Source of the DNA: a virus
Lineage: Duplodnaviria; Caudoviricetes
Reading direction: 5' to 3' (one strand)
Virus record (IMG/VR): IMGVR_UViG_3300046167_000817
Coordinates: 1-62,589 of that record
Length of the DNA: 62,589 nt
Positions 29,861 to 43,700 of the stretch are shown one piece after another. Position 1 is the first letter of the stretch; each line of letters opens with the position of its first letter. The notes under the pieces are model-generated. The model searched no databases. It had not been told where the DNA came from and worked only from the letters and a program-made list of their open reading frames with translations. The position numbers and the translations under genes are program-made.

Positions 29861-32800
29861 ATGCCAGAAATCAAAAATACTTTCCTTGGCGGGAAAATGA
29901 ATAAAGACCTGGACGATAGACTTCTGCCAGAGGGCGAATACAGAGATGCACAAAATATTGAAGTATTAAAACCTGATGGTTCAAATGTTGGTGTTATACA
30001 AAATGCTGCTGGTAATACAATAGCACATACAACACTTGGATTATCTTCAGATATAGAAGTAATAGGAACGTATTTTGATGAAAAAAATAAACGTATTTAC
30101 TGGTTTGTAACAGATAATAATGATTTATATGTAAATGATTGGTATATAAATGAAGCTGTTACGCAACCTAGATTTCATGCCATTTATTATTATGACGCCG
30201 ATCCCGCTAGCGCAACATTTAAAACAGCAAAAGCAATTGTAATAGGAAGATTTTTAAAATTTAGTAAAAAATATAAAATTACAGGAGTTGCAATGATTGA
30301 TGATTTATTATTTTGGACAGATAATAAAAATCAACCAAGAAGAATAAATGTTGTAAAAGCAATAGGTGACACTAGCTTTTATAATAACGAGTTAAAAATA
30401 AGTTTAGCTAAGTATGCTCCATACACTCCAGTTGTTTTTATGACAGAAAACGATATTGCTGGAACTTCTACAATGAGCAATGATGCTACTTTAAACAATG
30501 ATTATATAGAAGAAGAGTTTGTAAGATTTTCTTATAGATATAAGTTTAATGATAACGAGTATTCAGTATTAGCCCCTTTTCACTCAAATAGCATTTCAAC
30601 ATTCATATAAAACAGGATCAAGCTACGGAACATTTAATGAAGCAGCAGAAGCTAGAGCTTATCAATCTACGGAATTGGATGGTATGATAAACCATATTAA
30701 TACTGCTGTGTTAGGTATTGAATTGCCAAGTATAAATCCTAATGCTGATTTTGAAATAAAAGAAGTTGAAATTATAATTAAAGAGTCAGACAGTACAGTT
30801 GCAAGAATAGTTGAAACAAAAACACTTACAGATGCAAGTATTACTTCAACTTTTTATACTTGTACTTATAAATCTGATAGCCCACAAGAAGCTTTACCTG
30901 AAGATCAAATTACAAGAGTTTTTGATAACGTTCCTACAAAAGCAAAAGCCTTAGATATTGTAGGTAATAGATTGGTATTTGCCAACTACTCCCAAAACAT
31001 AACTCCTCCCGTTTTAGATTATACAGTTTCATTCGGAGCGAAAGCAACGCAAACATTTACAGGAGATGGTAGCGATAAAACTTTTACATTAACTTTAAAA
31101 TCCCCTACAAGAGGTTCAACTAGCATACCGCCAGCAAACACAAATCAGTTTATAGTATATGTAAATGATGTACTATTAGCTTCAACGAATTATGCGTATG
31201 ATGGTACAACAGGAATTATTACATTTAATACAGCACCTGCTAATGGGGCAGCTATAACAGTAACTCTTGCAAATCATGAATATCCTGATAGTTCTTTAAA
31301 ACAAAGAAGAACATATCAAATAGGGGTTGTACTTGCAGATATATTTGGAAGACAATCTCCTGTTATATTACCTTCAACAGCTTCAAATTCTATAATTGCG
31401 GTGCCAGGCAAGAACATCGGCAGCTGAGTTTAATAGTTGGGTTGGAGATAATTTAAAAATAACTTTTAATGCACAAAGTGGTAAATTAATACCAGACGCA
31501 GATGTATATTCTAATGAATTAGACAGTGGTGTGTATAGCACATATAATCCGTATGGCTGGTATTCTTACAGAGTAGTTGTAAAACAATTAGAACAAGAGT
31601 ATTATAATGTATATACGCCGGGGGCAACAGTTGTAGACAATAACTCTTATATAACATTGTTTGGGGATAATATAAATAAGATTCCAAGATTAATGGAAAC
31701 TATATCTGCGGATAATTCTATAGCAAGATCTGATACTATTTTATTTCCAAAAGTAATTAATACAGCTTTTTATACAACAACCACTACTACTACTGGAACA
31801 AGAAGTGCTTCAACAGGGGGTATTGTTGCAGACACGGGAATGAGATTTTCATGTAATCAATATATGTTGTTTAATAGAGATACCGCTGCTGCTCGAACTT
31901 TTAAATATACTCCTTGTACAAGCAATATTACTAGTAGCACTGTTTTAACAAGCGCATTAACATCTGTTGCTTTAGCAGCAGGTAAAAAACAATATATATG
32001 GTCATTAACATTTCCTGAATTAAATGCAAATGCAGATGTAGGATTTTTAGAAGTAACACAATTAACTTTTAATAAAGTAGGAGACTCTAATACATTAACA
32101 AAATTTGGAGATTCAGAAATTACAGATTCATCTTCAGGGCAAATAGCAAAAACAATAGCGTTTGATTCTGAAAAACGTATTCAAACCCTATCTAATGATG
32201 ACGAGCTTCCAATAACAGGTATAGGTAAACTTTCAGACTTTAGTTCGATTACAATAAACACGGTACAAGAATACGCAAGATCTTCTTCGGTTACAGAAGA
32301 CTCGGGGGGACCCTTTTATCAAAGAGAAAATAACCATTTAATTGCTCAGTTACCTCCTTTTGGAGAAACGTCAAGTAAAGCAGATTTACATGGAGTAAGA
32401 ATGCTTTTTACAGACGATACCGCTTCTGATAATACTGCTAAACCAGCATTAAGCGTTACATCTTATATAAGAAGAGGTAAGTACATTGATTTATCTGTAT
32501 TTGAAACTAAACCTATTGAAAGTGAAATAGACATATACTATGAAACTTCTACAACAGGATTAATAAATGAACTTAACGCTTTAGAAACAGGCGCGTTTAG
32601 CTCATCTGATGTAACTGTATCAAATTTTGCTGTAGCAGCTAACGGAACTATTACGGCTCCTACAATTAATGTAGGTTCATTACAAACAGTTGATTATGTA
32701 AACTCTACTACTGACGCGGGGCAAACAGTAGGGTTTGATTATTTTCCAGTTAGTACAGATACAACAAGAACAGCGCGATTAACTATAACAGCACCAAATG

Positions 32801-35235
32801 GATTTACTAATGCAGGACAAAATATTATAATATCTACAACAGCAGTTCAAGAAGATACAGCTGGATTAGGTACAACAGTTCCATTATTTTCAGACTTATC
32901 ATTAACATCAACATCGTCAACATCAAGTTCAGCAGCTACTTTTACAGTATCAGCAACTATAAGTGCTAATGGAGGAGCCTCAGTATCAGCAGCAGGATTT
33001 AAAATAGGAACTACTGCAGTTTTTGCTAACGCTACTAATGTAGACGTATCAGTAGGTAGTGGAGCGTCAACATATACAACAACTAAAAATGATGCAGCAA
33101 TAAACACTTTGTTTTACGTGTGGGCTTTTGCAACAAATTCACAAGGAACAAATATACAAGGACCAATACAAGTTACAACGCCTGCACTTGGGTTATTCCA
33201 AGTTTCAGATTGGACTGGTAGTATAAGCGTAGCGCATGGAGGAGGACTTACAATAGTAAACGGAAACTCCCCTGCTGTGGCAGTTGCACCAACAAGTGTT
33301 TCAGCTAATAGCAGTAATACAGAAACAGTGTCAGTAACATTAGGGCAAACAACAGGTACGGCAACCACTTACGCAAATAATAATAATACAATAAGAATAC
33401 AAATTCCAACAACAGGATTTAGTAATTCCGCTTCAACAGCTTATTTATATACTGCGGTAAGAACAATTACTCAGCCTGCTGCCCCTACTACAACAGCTTA
33501 TACCGTAGCTTTACATGCAGCACCCTCCGGATTTTCAATAGCATCAAATGCTGTTTTTACTCAAGGAACAATTGCGCAAGGAACATTAAACAATGTAAAA
33601 CTTAGCAGTAATGCTTTAACAGATGGAGCGGCCACAAACTTAGCAACAGTTACAAATGCTACGTTAAGAGCATTAACATTAAATATAACACCTGGAGGTA
33701 GTTTTACAAATGCAAGTGCAGGAGACTTTACATATAATATAGTTCAGCCAAGTGTTCTTCCTACATTAACAACAGGTAGTATACCTACGCAATCAACTGT
33801 AATTACAGGATCTACAGATATTGATTTAAGAAATTACTTTACAAACGGTAAGTTTTTTGAAATTACAAGTAATTCAGCAACAGCTTCAAAAATAAGTGCT
33901 ACAATTGTAAGTGGATATAAATTAAGATTAACAGGGCAAGGATCATGTAATGATATAAGCGGTACAACTTCTGCTGGAAGTATAGTAGTAGCGGCGTTTA
34001 ATGAAAAAGCAACAGTAGATGGGAGTGTATCAGGAAGTACAGCTTCAACTTCTGTAGTAGAAAAAGGAAATGCTTTTGTATCAGCAACTGTACCTTTACA
34101 GGTAACTGCGTGTGCACAAAACGCAACTCTTACAATGGTTAATACTGGAAATGTTTTAGCTTCGGGAGTTTCAGTAGATGTAAGTTCAAGAACTTTAACA
34201 TATGCTACTTCAGATATTGGTAATTCTTTTAATGGTCAAATGGTATTTACTTTTACACATGGCTCAGTTAATTTAAGCGCTACCACAAATATATCTGTAA
34301 TAAGCAATACAAGTCCTTTTAGCCTTGTTACAGCAGAAGGTTCTGGTAATGCAATAACAGTTAGTTTTAGTGGTACTTATCCAAATCAAGCAGTAGGAGG
34401 AAATATAAACTATTCGTTTGCCGTAAATGTAAACACAACTTATGTTTCCGCAAATGACGCTTATTTTGTAGCCCAAAATTCAGGATACACAATAAGTCCT
34501 ACATATATAAATACAGGGTTTGGTTCCACAGGAGCAACGTTTGGAAGTGGTAATACAAGTGCATTTGGAATTGGAGGTAATACAATAACAATAACATCAG
34601 TATCAGGGTATAAATTTAGCGGTGTACCAACTATAAACCGTGGAAACGGTAGTTCTGTAGGTAACATATATATTACAGGAGGGCATTCACAGGCTACATT
34701 TGATATTCCAACGCCTGCTTTATCTTCAGGAGATACAGTTTTAACTTTACTGCCAACATCAACAATACAAGCAAACGCTCCAGATGGACTTAGATCATAT
34801 GTTAATATGTACTTAAGCACTGAAGCAAACACAGGAGGAACTCCACGAGTAACAGCCATTTCAGTAAACGGAGTTACAATATCATCTGATCAGTCTTATG
34901 TATCTACAGGATTATCAATAAATGGAACGAGTGGGGCAGAAACAACAGTTAGTATTACAATTCAAAAAGACAATACAACAAGTACAGAGGTATCTGTAGC
35001 TTTAAACAGCAGCAATGTAAGAAACAACGACGTAGTCGCTGTAACAAGCTCTCCTCTTACGGGAACAAGTAATGAAACGTTTCAAATAAAGTTTACAGGT
35101 AAAGGAACACGTACTGTAGGTGGTAATTCATATTCAACAACTATAGGTACTACAGAAATTAATTTAACAGCCAACCCTAATTCTCAAGGAAACGTTGTAT
35201 TTGGCATTATTAGTTTTACAAACGCATCAAGTTAA
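29861..35235 (+). CDS. Large tail nozzle/stabilisation protein with Thr/Ser-rich appendage (split by apparent +1 insertions near 30578 and 31407)
   Basis: N-terminal F.GGKMNKDLDDRL.P.GEYRDAQN, LLFWTDN.NQPRRIN, FVRFSYRYK; reading continues across the breaks (..APFTQIAFQHSYKTG..; ..VPARTSAAEF..). Confidence 0.75.
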
Positions 35236-35265
35236 TATTTTGATAATTAATGTAATAATAAAAGT

Positions 35266-36990
35266 ATGAGTGTAACACTAGAAATTAAATACTACAACAC
35301 CTTTGTTATAAAGAGTTCTGAGGTTACTCATCAAATAGTAGGCACAGGAGATGGTAGTGATACAACATTTACTATTGCAGAGAGCAGCGGAAGTACTATA
35401 TATGCGGTTCCAAATTCTGAATCTGATTTTCAAGTATATCTTGATGATGTGCTTCAAGCAGCTTCTACATATATTTACGCAAATAAAACAAGAGTGATTA
35501 CTTTTACATCTGCACCCGGTAATGGCAAATCAATATTAGTTGTAGTAAAAAGCTGGCATGTTGAAGAGTCTAGAATACGAGGATCATTTAACGGCAAAAC
35601 AGTTGACTTTGGAGTAAGAGCCGCAATTACAGATAGCGAGTATACACCTGAAACAAGAGAAGCTTCTTTAATATATTCAGGTATATATAATGGCAGAACA
35701 AGAACAAACGAAATTAATCAGTTCAACCCTTCAATACCTAATACAAAATCAATTGATTCCTCATTTGGATCAATACAAAAATTATTTGCAGAAGACAATA
35801 ACTTAAATGTTTTTCAAGAAAACAAAGTACACAATATACTTATAGATAAAGACATTATATTTACGGCAGAAGGAGACCCTCAGGTAACAGCCTCTAATCA
35901 AGTATTAGGACAAGTAGTTGCGTATACAGGTAATTATGGTATAAGTAAAAACCCTGAAAGTTTTGCTTTCCATGCAGGAAGAAAATATTTTACAGATAAA
36001 AATAACGGGGTTGTTTTAAGATTATCAAGAGATGGTATTACAGAAATATCAAACTTTGGTATGAGAGATTATTTTAAAACAAGTTTAAAATCTATAGACA
36101 CAGTTATTGGCACATGGGATAACAACAGAAAAAAATATGTGTTATCATTGCAAGAAGATAATATAACAAATACTTTTGCTTGTAATGGAAGTACGGCCAC
36201 CTTTTCTTTAGCGTTTAGTATTGTAGATAAAGATTTTACAACAATAAATTTACCAGACCCTACAGACGTGTCTCAGATAGAGGTGTTTCAACAAAACTTT
36301 AGTGCAACAACACCTTTAACAGTAGGAACTGAATATACTTATAATGCGAGTACAGGGGTTGTAACATTAGCTCAAGCGCCTGTGGCAGGAGACGTAATAA
36401 CTGTTCACTTAAGAGACTTTACAGGAGGATTTCAAACAGTTACATTTGATGAAGATATTAATGGCTGGTCTTCTTTTTATAATTACAAGCCATCATTTGG
36501 AGGCAGTATAGATGCGGATTTTTATACATACGGTGTAAATGATTTATATAAACATTATGATTTAGACGCAAATAGAGGTTCCTTTTACGGTGCAGCTACA
36601 TCTGCTTCAACTGTTGACTTAATATTTAATAAACCGCCATCAACTGTAAAATACTTTAGAACATTAAATTATGAGGGAGATACAGGTTGGTCAGTAACCT
36701 CTATAGCAACTGATAGCGATACAGGTTCTCCAATTACAGGGTATGTATCAACTAATGCGTCTGTAGAAAACACTTGGCAAGACTTAATGGTTTCAGGATT
36801 TAAAAGAAAAGATAACAAATATTACTCGTATATTGTAAATGAAACCTTACCTAAAAGAAATGAAATATTGTTTGGTGGTGATATATCAGGTGTGAAAGGA
36901 TTTTTTAACAAAGTACAACTTAGTGTTTCAGACACTTCAGCAAAAGAATTATTCGCGGTATCAAGTGAATACGAACTATTAACTAATTAA
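35266..36990 (+). CDS. Tail protein (C-terminal nozzle-like part) with two inserted FTGDG-like domains
   Basis: VEESRIRGSFN, YGISKNPESFA...YFTDK..GVVLRLSRDGITEIS.FGM. Confidence 0.7.
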   Translation: MSVTLEIKYYNTFVIKSSEVTHQIVGTGDGSDTTFTIAESSGSTIYAVPNSESDFQVYLDDVLQAASTYIYANKTRVITFTSAPGNGKSILVVVKSWHVEESRIRGSFNGKTVDFGVRAAITDSEYTPETREASLIYSGIYNGRTRTNEINQFNPSIPNTKSIDSSFGSIQKLFAEDNNLNVFQENKVHNILIDKDIIFTAEGDPQVTASNQVLGQVVAYTGNYGISKNPESFAFHAGRKYFTDKNNGVVLRLSRDGITEISNFGMRDYFKTSLKSIDTVIGTWDNNRKKYVLSLQEDNITNTFACNGSTATFSLAFSIVDKDFTTINLPDPTDVSQIEVFQQNFSATTPLTVGTEYTYNASTGVVTLAQAPVAGDVITVHLRDFTGGFQTVTFDEDINGWSSFYNYKPSFGGSIDADFYTYGVNDLYKHYDLDANRGSFYGAATSASTVDLIFNKPPSTVKYFRTLNYEGDTGWSVTSIATDSDTGSPITGYVSTNASVENTWQDLMVSGFKRKDNKYYSYIVNETLPKRNEILFGGDISGVKGFFNKVQLSVSDTSAKELFAVSSEYELLTN

Positions 36991-36991
36991 C

Positions 36992-38890
36992 ATGGAAGAA
37001 ACAACAACAGTATTACAGATCGCAGATAATTTGCAGTATGGTATTATACCTTTTATATTAGCCGCCGGTGCTGTATTAAAAGGAGGAGCCGCTATATATA
37101 AAGGTGTAAAATCTAATCAAACAAAGAAAAGAGCAGAAGGGGCTGCGAATGATGCAAATGATGCAGCAAGATTAGCTTCAGCTGAATTAGCAGCAAGAGA
37201 AAGAAGAAGTTTTGTTCCAGGGTTTACAGATAATCAAAATATACCGGGATATGATAATGATTTTGCTAGCAGAGCAAATAGATTAAATAGAGGTATACCA
37301 GAAGGCTCAGCAAGTTTAAGAAACCAAACTGCTATGGATTTAAGTTTAGGAAGACCTATACCAATAGGATTAGGCTCTCAAAATATTGCAGGCCCAAGAT
37401 TTGAAAATGACCCTGATTTTGTTGATGACAGGGGGCCAGAGTTTAAAGGCACACCTATTTCATTTGACAATGCAGGAAATATGATTTTTAATCCTGACGC
37501 TTATTATGGATCTAGAAAACCTAAAACTAAATCTGGATTACCTAAGCCTGTTAATTTTCAGAACGCTTTGCCAATGCAAGAGTTTAATTTCTTTACCCAA
37601 AGTTTACCTAAAGACGGGGAAGGGCGTGTTATAGCCCCTGACCCTAATACCGATGAAGGTAATAAATTTTATAGAAGTCTTCCAAAAGGTGTAGCTGAAA
37701 TGGTAGCAGACCCAAGATATGCACAAATGTATCAAGGTAGCAACATAGTAAACCCATACGCTAATGTTGTAGATTTAAGTAGAATACTTGAAAACACTAG
37801 CGGCTTAGCTACAGATAGATCAGGAATGCTAACTGATAGAACAGATCTTTTAACAGATAGAACAGATATGTTTCAAGGCACTGCAGAGCTTGCTACTGAT
37901 TTAAGTTTAGGCCAAAGAAATTTAGCTACAGGGTTAGAAGACTTATCTGGAAGAATAACAGATTTAAGAGCAGGAGGCCAAGACTTTTCAGGATTAGCTT
38001 CTGATACAAGTAATTTAACTTCAAATACTTTTGCTAATCTTCAAGTAGCTACTCAAGCAGCAGACTTACAAGCGCAACAAAGCGATCAAGCTTTAGCAAA
38101 CACATTATCAACAATAAGAGCAACAGGAGCTGGAGCTGGGGGAGCAACCGCAATTGCACAAGCGGCTCTTCAAAGTAAGTTAGGAATTTCTGCTACAATC
38201 GAACAGCAAGAATCAAGAAACACTCAATTAAGAGCACAAGGTCAACAACAGGTTGAACAAATAAGAATGTCTGAAAGTAAAAGATTACAAGACATTGCTT
38301 TTTCTGAAAGATTAAGACTAGAAGGCTTAAGAGAAAGAGAAGGTTTAAGAATTGACACCACAAGACTTGATGAAGGTAGAGAGCTTAGAAATTTAGAGCT
38401 AGAAGAAGGAAGAACGTTAAGAGATATAAGCTTAGCAGAAAAACAAAGAATGCAAGGGCTTTCAATAGATGATCGTTTAAGAGAGCAAGAGCTTGGCCTT
38501 AATGAAAGTTTAAGATTGCAAGAAAGTAGATTTGGTGAAGCGGGAAGGTTACAGCAAGCAGGGTTTGATGAAGCTGGAAGACTACAACAAATACAAATTG
38601 CAGAAGCGCTTAGATTACAGCAGTCTAGATTAGGTGAACAACAAAGACTACAAGAAGCAGATGCAATGGCTAGAGAATACCAGTTTAGAGTAGCTGAAAC
38701 AAGAGAACAAAACAGATTAAATAGATTAGCTAATTTAGAAACACAAAAAGTTCAAACTGCTGCAGACTTAGAAGCAGCTGCTATATCAGCAGAAGGGGCA
38801 AGAGACGGGGCGGTTGCAGGAGCTATAGCGGGGGTAGGCGACGCAGCATTATCTTATGTGGCCGCTAGCGAAAAAAGCGGAAACGTTTAA
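36992..38890 (+). CDS. Internal virion/ejection protein 1 with 7-aa and 11-aa repeats
   Basis: Ala/Gly-rich hydrophobic N- and C-termini, GAGAGGATAIAQAAL segment, long Q/E/R/L-rich helical repeats. Confidence 0.65.
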   Translation: MEETTTVLQIADNLQYGIIPFILAAGAVLKGGAAIYKGVKSNQTKKRAEGAANDANDAARLASAELAARERRSFVPGFTDNQNIPGYDNDFASRANRLNRGIPEGSASLRNQTAMDLSLGRPIPIGLGSQNIAGPRFENDPDFVDDRGPEFKGTPISFDNAGNMIFNPDAYYGSRKPKTKSGLPKPVNFQNALPMQEFNFFTQSLPKDGEGRVIAPDPNTDEGNKFYRSLPKGVAEMVADPRYAQMYQGSNIVNPYANVVDLSRILENTSGLATDRSGMLTDRTDLLTDRTDMFQGTAELATDLSLGQRNLATGLEDLSGRITDLRAGGQDFSGLASDTSNLTSNTFANLQVATQAADLQAQQSDQALANTLSTIRATGAGAGGATAIAQAALQSKLGISATIEQQESRNTQLRAQGQQQVEQIRMSESKRLQDIAFSERLRLEGLREREGLRIDTTRLDEGRELRNLELEEGRTLRDISLAEKQRMQGLSIDDRLREQELGLNESLRLQESRFGEAGRLQQAGFDEAGRLQQIQIAEALRLQQSRLGEQQRLQEADAMAREYQFRVAETREQNRLNRLANLETQKVQTAADLEAAAISAEGARDGAVAGAIAGVGDAALSYVAASEKSGNV

Positions 38891-38907
38891 TAATATAAAT
38901 ATAAAAC

Positions 38908-40705
38908 ATGGCATTACCAAAGTTTACAACAACTCCAACTCCTTTATATCAGCAGCAGCCGATAGTTAAAAGACCTAATTATTCAGAGGTTTATTTAAGA
39001 AGCTTTGCAGCATCCGAAGCGGCTACTTATAATAGTTTTGCTAGAATATCTAAAAGAATAGATCAAATAGCTGATAATAGAGAAAAGAAACGAGAAGAAA
39101 AAGAAAAAGAGCAAAGAGAAGAAGCTGCGAAAAAAAAGGACAAATTTTCTCGTGACACTGCTATAGATAAAAGGCTAAGACAACAAGCAGCATATTTAAG
39201 CTCTAGTGGACAAGGAAATGCTTTAGAAATATTTGCACAAGAAGGCGATAAATTAAAAGCGGCATATGACGCGGCAGAAAATGACTCAACAGGTGAATTA
39301 TGGAAAGATGTTGCAGAGCTTGAAAATGATATATTTGGTACAGTTGAAACTTTCACTAAAGCAATGAGAAATATAGAACGTATGCGAGACTCTGCAGGTG
39401 AAAAAGATTTTGATGCTATATATTCAAACTTTCAGCCTGATGGAATGTATGCTACGTTAAGGAATGAAATAGTACAAGAAAATGGATATGATGTAAAGCT
39501 TGAATATGATGATAATGGAAAAATTATTTTAGCATGGACAAATCATTTGAGAGAAGAAGATGCGGAAGATTATAAACAAAGTTTAACTTTAGAGCAGTTG
39601 GCTGAAATAAACTTAGAAGATTTTGGAAACAAAAAACTTAACTTTACAAACTCAGATAGCTTGGGAGGTCAAATTATAGATAAAGTAGCAGAAGAAGCTT
39701 TTGCTTCAAAAAACCAAGATTTATTAAATGCTTATAAAATTCCAGGAGAACAAACTATTACAAATCAAAGATCAATAGGAAAAGGCAGTATTGAAATTGC
39801 TACTCAAAAAAGTACAGCGAAGAGGAGAAAATGAAAGAAACCTTATTATAGGTCATGCTGCAAATGCTTTAAATACTCGTTTACAGCCTATGCACAAAGC
39901 TATGATATGGAATGATGAAATAGCTATTGGAGATATTGAAACACATACAAATAGAGCTGTGCAAGAAGTAATTGAATTATCTAATGGGGTGTTTTCAAAA
40001 GAAGATACAGATAAATTAAAAGCAGCAGTGTTAAGATATGGAAATGCTACAAATGAAGAAAGAGCTAATGACCCTATGTTAAACGCGGTACATTCACATT
40101 TAGATATGAAAACCACTTCCTGGGCTGCTAATAAATATTATGATTTAAAATTAAGTGGAGATGAAAAACGATTAGGAGATGCTAATATTACTATTAAAAC
40201 TGATTTTGATGACGCAACTATAGCTGAAGCAAATAAAATAACATTTTTAAATAATTTAAATGATACACTAGAGATAGCTAGTGATATAAACACTTTTAAA
40301 TTAGAAAGCGGAGAAACTAGTTTAGTGCAACAAAAATTAAACGCATTAGCAGATCAAGGGTATGATGCTTTTAAAAACACAAAGAACAATGCGGAACTAG
40401 TTAATGGCACTCCCACTATTATAGCTGAAGGTTTTACTTATACAGACGAAACACAAGATTATGAAATTTTTAGTACTATATTAAAATCTAAAGGATTTTC
40501 TATTTCAGATGAAGAAGCTAAAAAATTATACCGTGGTTATGTTTTTGATATAAAATATCAAGGGCAAGCACCAGACTTTTTATATGAACAAAACGGCCTT
40601 GAAAAAGGATATTATGCAAACTGGCTTAATACAGAAAAAGCAAAGCTAGAAAAAAGTATTAACGCAAAAATAAGTAAATACGATTCATACGAAGTAAACG
40701 ATTAA
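38908..40705 (+). CDS. Internal virion/ejection protein 2 (two overlapping ORFs, probably one gene with an indel near 39815)
   Basis: 38908-39834 and 39791-40705 overlap, and the second has only a weak TTG start. Confidence 0.6.
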
Positions 40706-40718
40706 TAAATAGTGTTAT

Positions 40719-43700
40719 ATGAAACAATTTAAATACACAGTAAACGGTAGAACTTTTTTACTTCCAGAAAGTGAAGTACAGGGGTTTTTGCAAGAATTTC
40801 CAAATGCTCAGCTTATAGAAGAAATAGACGAAGCTGGGGGAAAGCAAACGGGTGTTCCAAGTCAGGCTGCAAGTGCAACACCAGAAAATGTAGCAGCCGT
40901 TACGGGTTTAGAATCGGGGACTTCTTTATCGGAATCACAAAGACTAGCAGCTCCAATTGCTCAACCTGTTCAAGAAAAAAGTAATATAAACCAATTATTA
41001 CAACAAAAAATTTCTGATGACAATTTAAATATTGAACAGCAAGCTAGTTTACTTTTTAAAATTAAATCACAAGATGAAAATATAGGTTTTGACAAAAGAA
41101 CTCCTGAACAAAAAGCATTAGATTTACAATCAGGCAAAGACCCTTTTGCTGAAAAATTAATGTTAGGTTTATATAAAGAAAATAATTATGATGCTGCTTA
41201 TGAAAATTATGTATCAAATTATGATAAAACTAAAAACATATCAACTAAATATTTAAACAGTACAGGAATAGATCCATTTGCACCTCAAATTGACTCAGCA
41301 GCTGCAACCGCGTTTGCTCAAACAGCGGTTAACAATTCAAAAAATAACTTAGGCTCAAATATTGATTTTGAAGACAATGAAACTTTACAAGGATTAAGGG
41401 AAGAATCTATACAAAGTTTACATGATAATGATAAATATTTACAACAATATTTAATACCTAGTATTATGCAAACAAGCGTAATACCTCAATTAGAAAAACA
41501 AAAAAAGAGTTTAGCTGAAAAATATGGATTAAATGATTTAACAACGTTTACCCCTGAAGCATATGAAGCAGCACAAGTTGAGTTAAACGAAATAGCAACC
41601 GATTTATTTTACGATTCTTTAAATACAAATCCTGAATATACAAAACGTAGACAAGCAATAAATCAAGCTGTAGACAATGAGCTACAAAAAGATTTAACCG
41701 TCCAAAAAAGAAAAGAGCTAGGGTTAGATGAAAAAAACCAATTTGGAGAATCTTTTTTAAAATCTAAGAAAAGCATAGCTAATACTTTTAATGCTTCTAC
41801 AAGGGCGTTAAATGATATGGAATATCAAAAAGATAAAGCAGAGCTAGCGAGGTTAGAAGCGGGGATTGCAGATGGCTCTATAAAACTTACGGATAAAATA
41901 AGATTTGGCGCACCTATGGCAACAAGAACGCAATTAGATAGCGCTAGACTGCCTATAATACAAGAACAAATAACGGTTAAAGAAGCTATTGAAAGATATA
42001 AAGGCCGAAGAAAAGATATTCTAAATGAAAACGCAAAGCTATTTGAGCAATACAAAGCAAGAGAGTATGATTTAAGTTTTTTTAATGATTACATGGATGA
42101 TATAAATGAGGCTGACGGTATGTTACAGGTTGTGGGTGCGTTTCTAAAAAACACTCCAGCTATAATTGCTGAGCAAGCACCTCAGTTAGCTTTAGCATTG
42201 ACAGGTATTGGTGTTTTTGCGCAGGAATTAGGTCCTACATATTTTGAAGGTATAAAAGCTAAAATGGAAACAGATGGTGTAGAAGATACTGAAGAAAACT
42301 TTTTAAAGTATATAGAAGACGGGGCAGGAGACGGAGAGTTAGCAGCGGCTTTTGCAGCATTGAGTCAAGGGCTAGAATCTGTTGGGGCTAGTACGATAGC
42401 AGGGTATTTATTTAAAGATATAGGTAAACAGGGTATTGTATCTTTATTTAAGCTAGGAGCAAAAGAATGGGTTAAAACGGGAGGAGCAAAATCTTTAACT
42501 GGGGGAATGGCAAAAAGCGGGTTTACTGAATTTTTAACAGAAACATTTCAAACCGCAGGTTCACAAATAGCGAAAGGTATTGCCGGAGGTGATGCTACAA
42601 AATATATTGATGCAAAAGAACTTTTTCAAAGTGGTCAAATTGGAGGATATGTAGGGCTTGTTTTACCGTTTGCTGGTAATATTACAAGACAAACAGCAAC
42701 AGATATAAGAGGAGCGGCTGCAAGAATTAATGCTTTAACTGATAAGGATGCTAGTATAAATATATTAGACAAACTTAGAAAAGATATTCAGTTAGATATC
42801 GATAACAATATAATATCGCAAGAGGAAGGCCAGACTAAACTTGCTGCTGTTACAGACGTAATTAATGCTGATCAAAAAATAAGAAAAGAAATAACAGGGG
42901 AGGACAAGGTAAAAGCTGTTGAGCTTCAAGTTGAAAAGCAGCAAATAGAAAACGAAATAAAAAATCTTGATGAAGACGTAGATAAAACTGACTTAGAGTC
43001 GCGTAAAACAGAAATTATAAATGAATTAAACTCCTTGGCTTTAAAAAATATTGGTAAAGTTACAACTGAAGGCGCGAAAAAAATTGCAAAAAGTGAAGGT
43101 ATAGGTTTTCAGGAATTTGAAACAACCACAGATACGCAAAGTTTTATTGAAAAAGAAAAAGCTAAAGGCACACAAATAGAGGTAAGCCAATCTGAAAACT
43201 ACGGGTTTATAATACAAGATAAAAAAACAGGTGAACAAACAATAGTACTAAATAAAGAAACAGCTAAAGAAGATAATGTTGTTACAACGGCTGCACATGA
43301 ATTATTACATGGAGTACTAAAAAACACGTTTACTAGCTCTGAAATACAAACTACTTTAGGCCGTGAATTAGCAATTGAGTTAGGCAACATGGATATTTCT
43401 AATATTGTAGATTCAGAATATGCCAACCGTTTAAATGATTACTTAGCATTAGCTAAAGAAAAAGGAGGAACCGCTCAGCAAATGGGTAATGCGTGGGAAG
43501 AAGGTATAACATTATTAAGTGAGGGCTTATTAACAAATCAAATAAAATACAATGAAACTGTATTTACTAAAATAGGAGATTTTTTACGTCAAGCCCTTTC
43601 TCAATTAGGCGTTAAAGCAAACTTTAATACAGGTAGAGATGTGTTTAATTTTGTAAAAGATTATAACAAAAGCTTAGTAGCAGGTAAGCTTACAGCTGGT

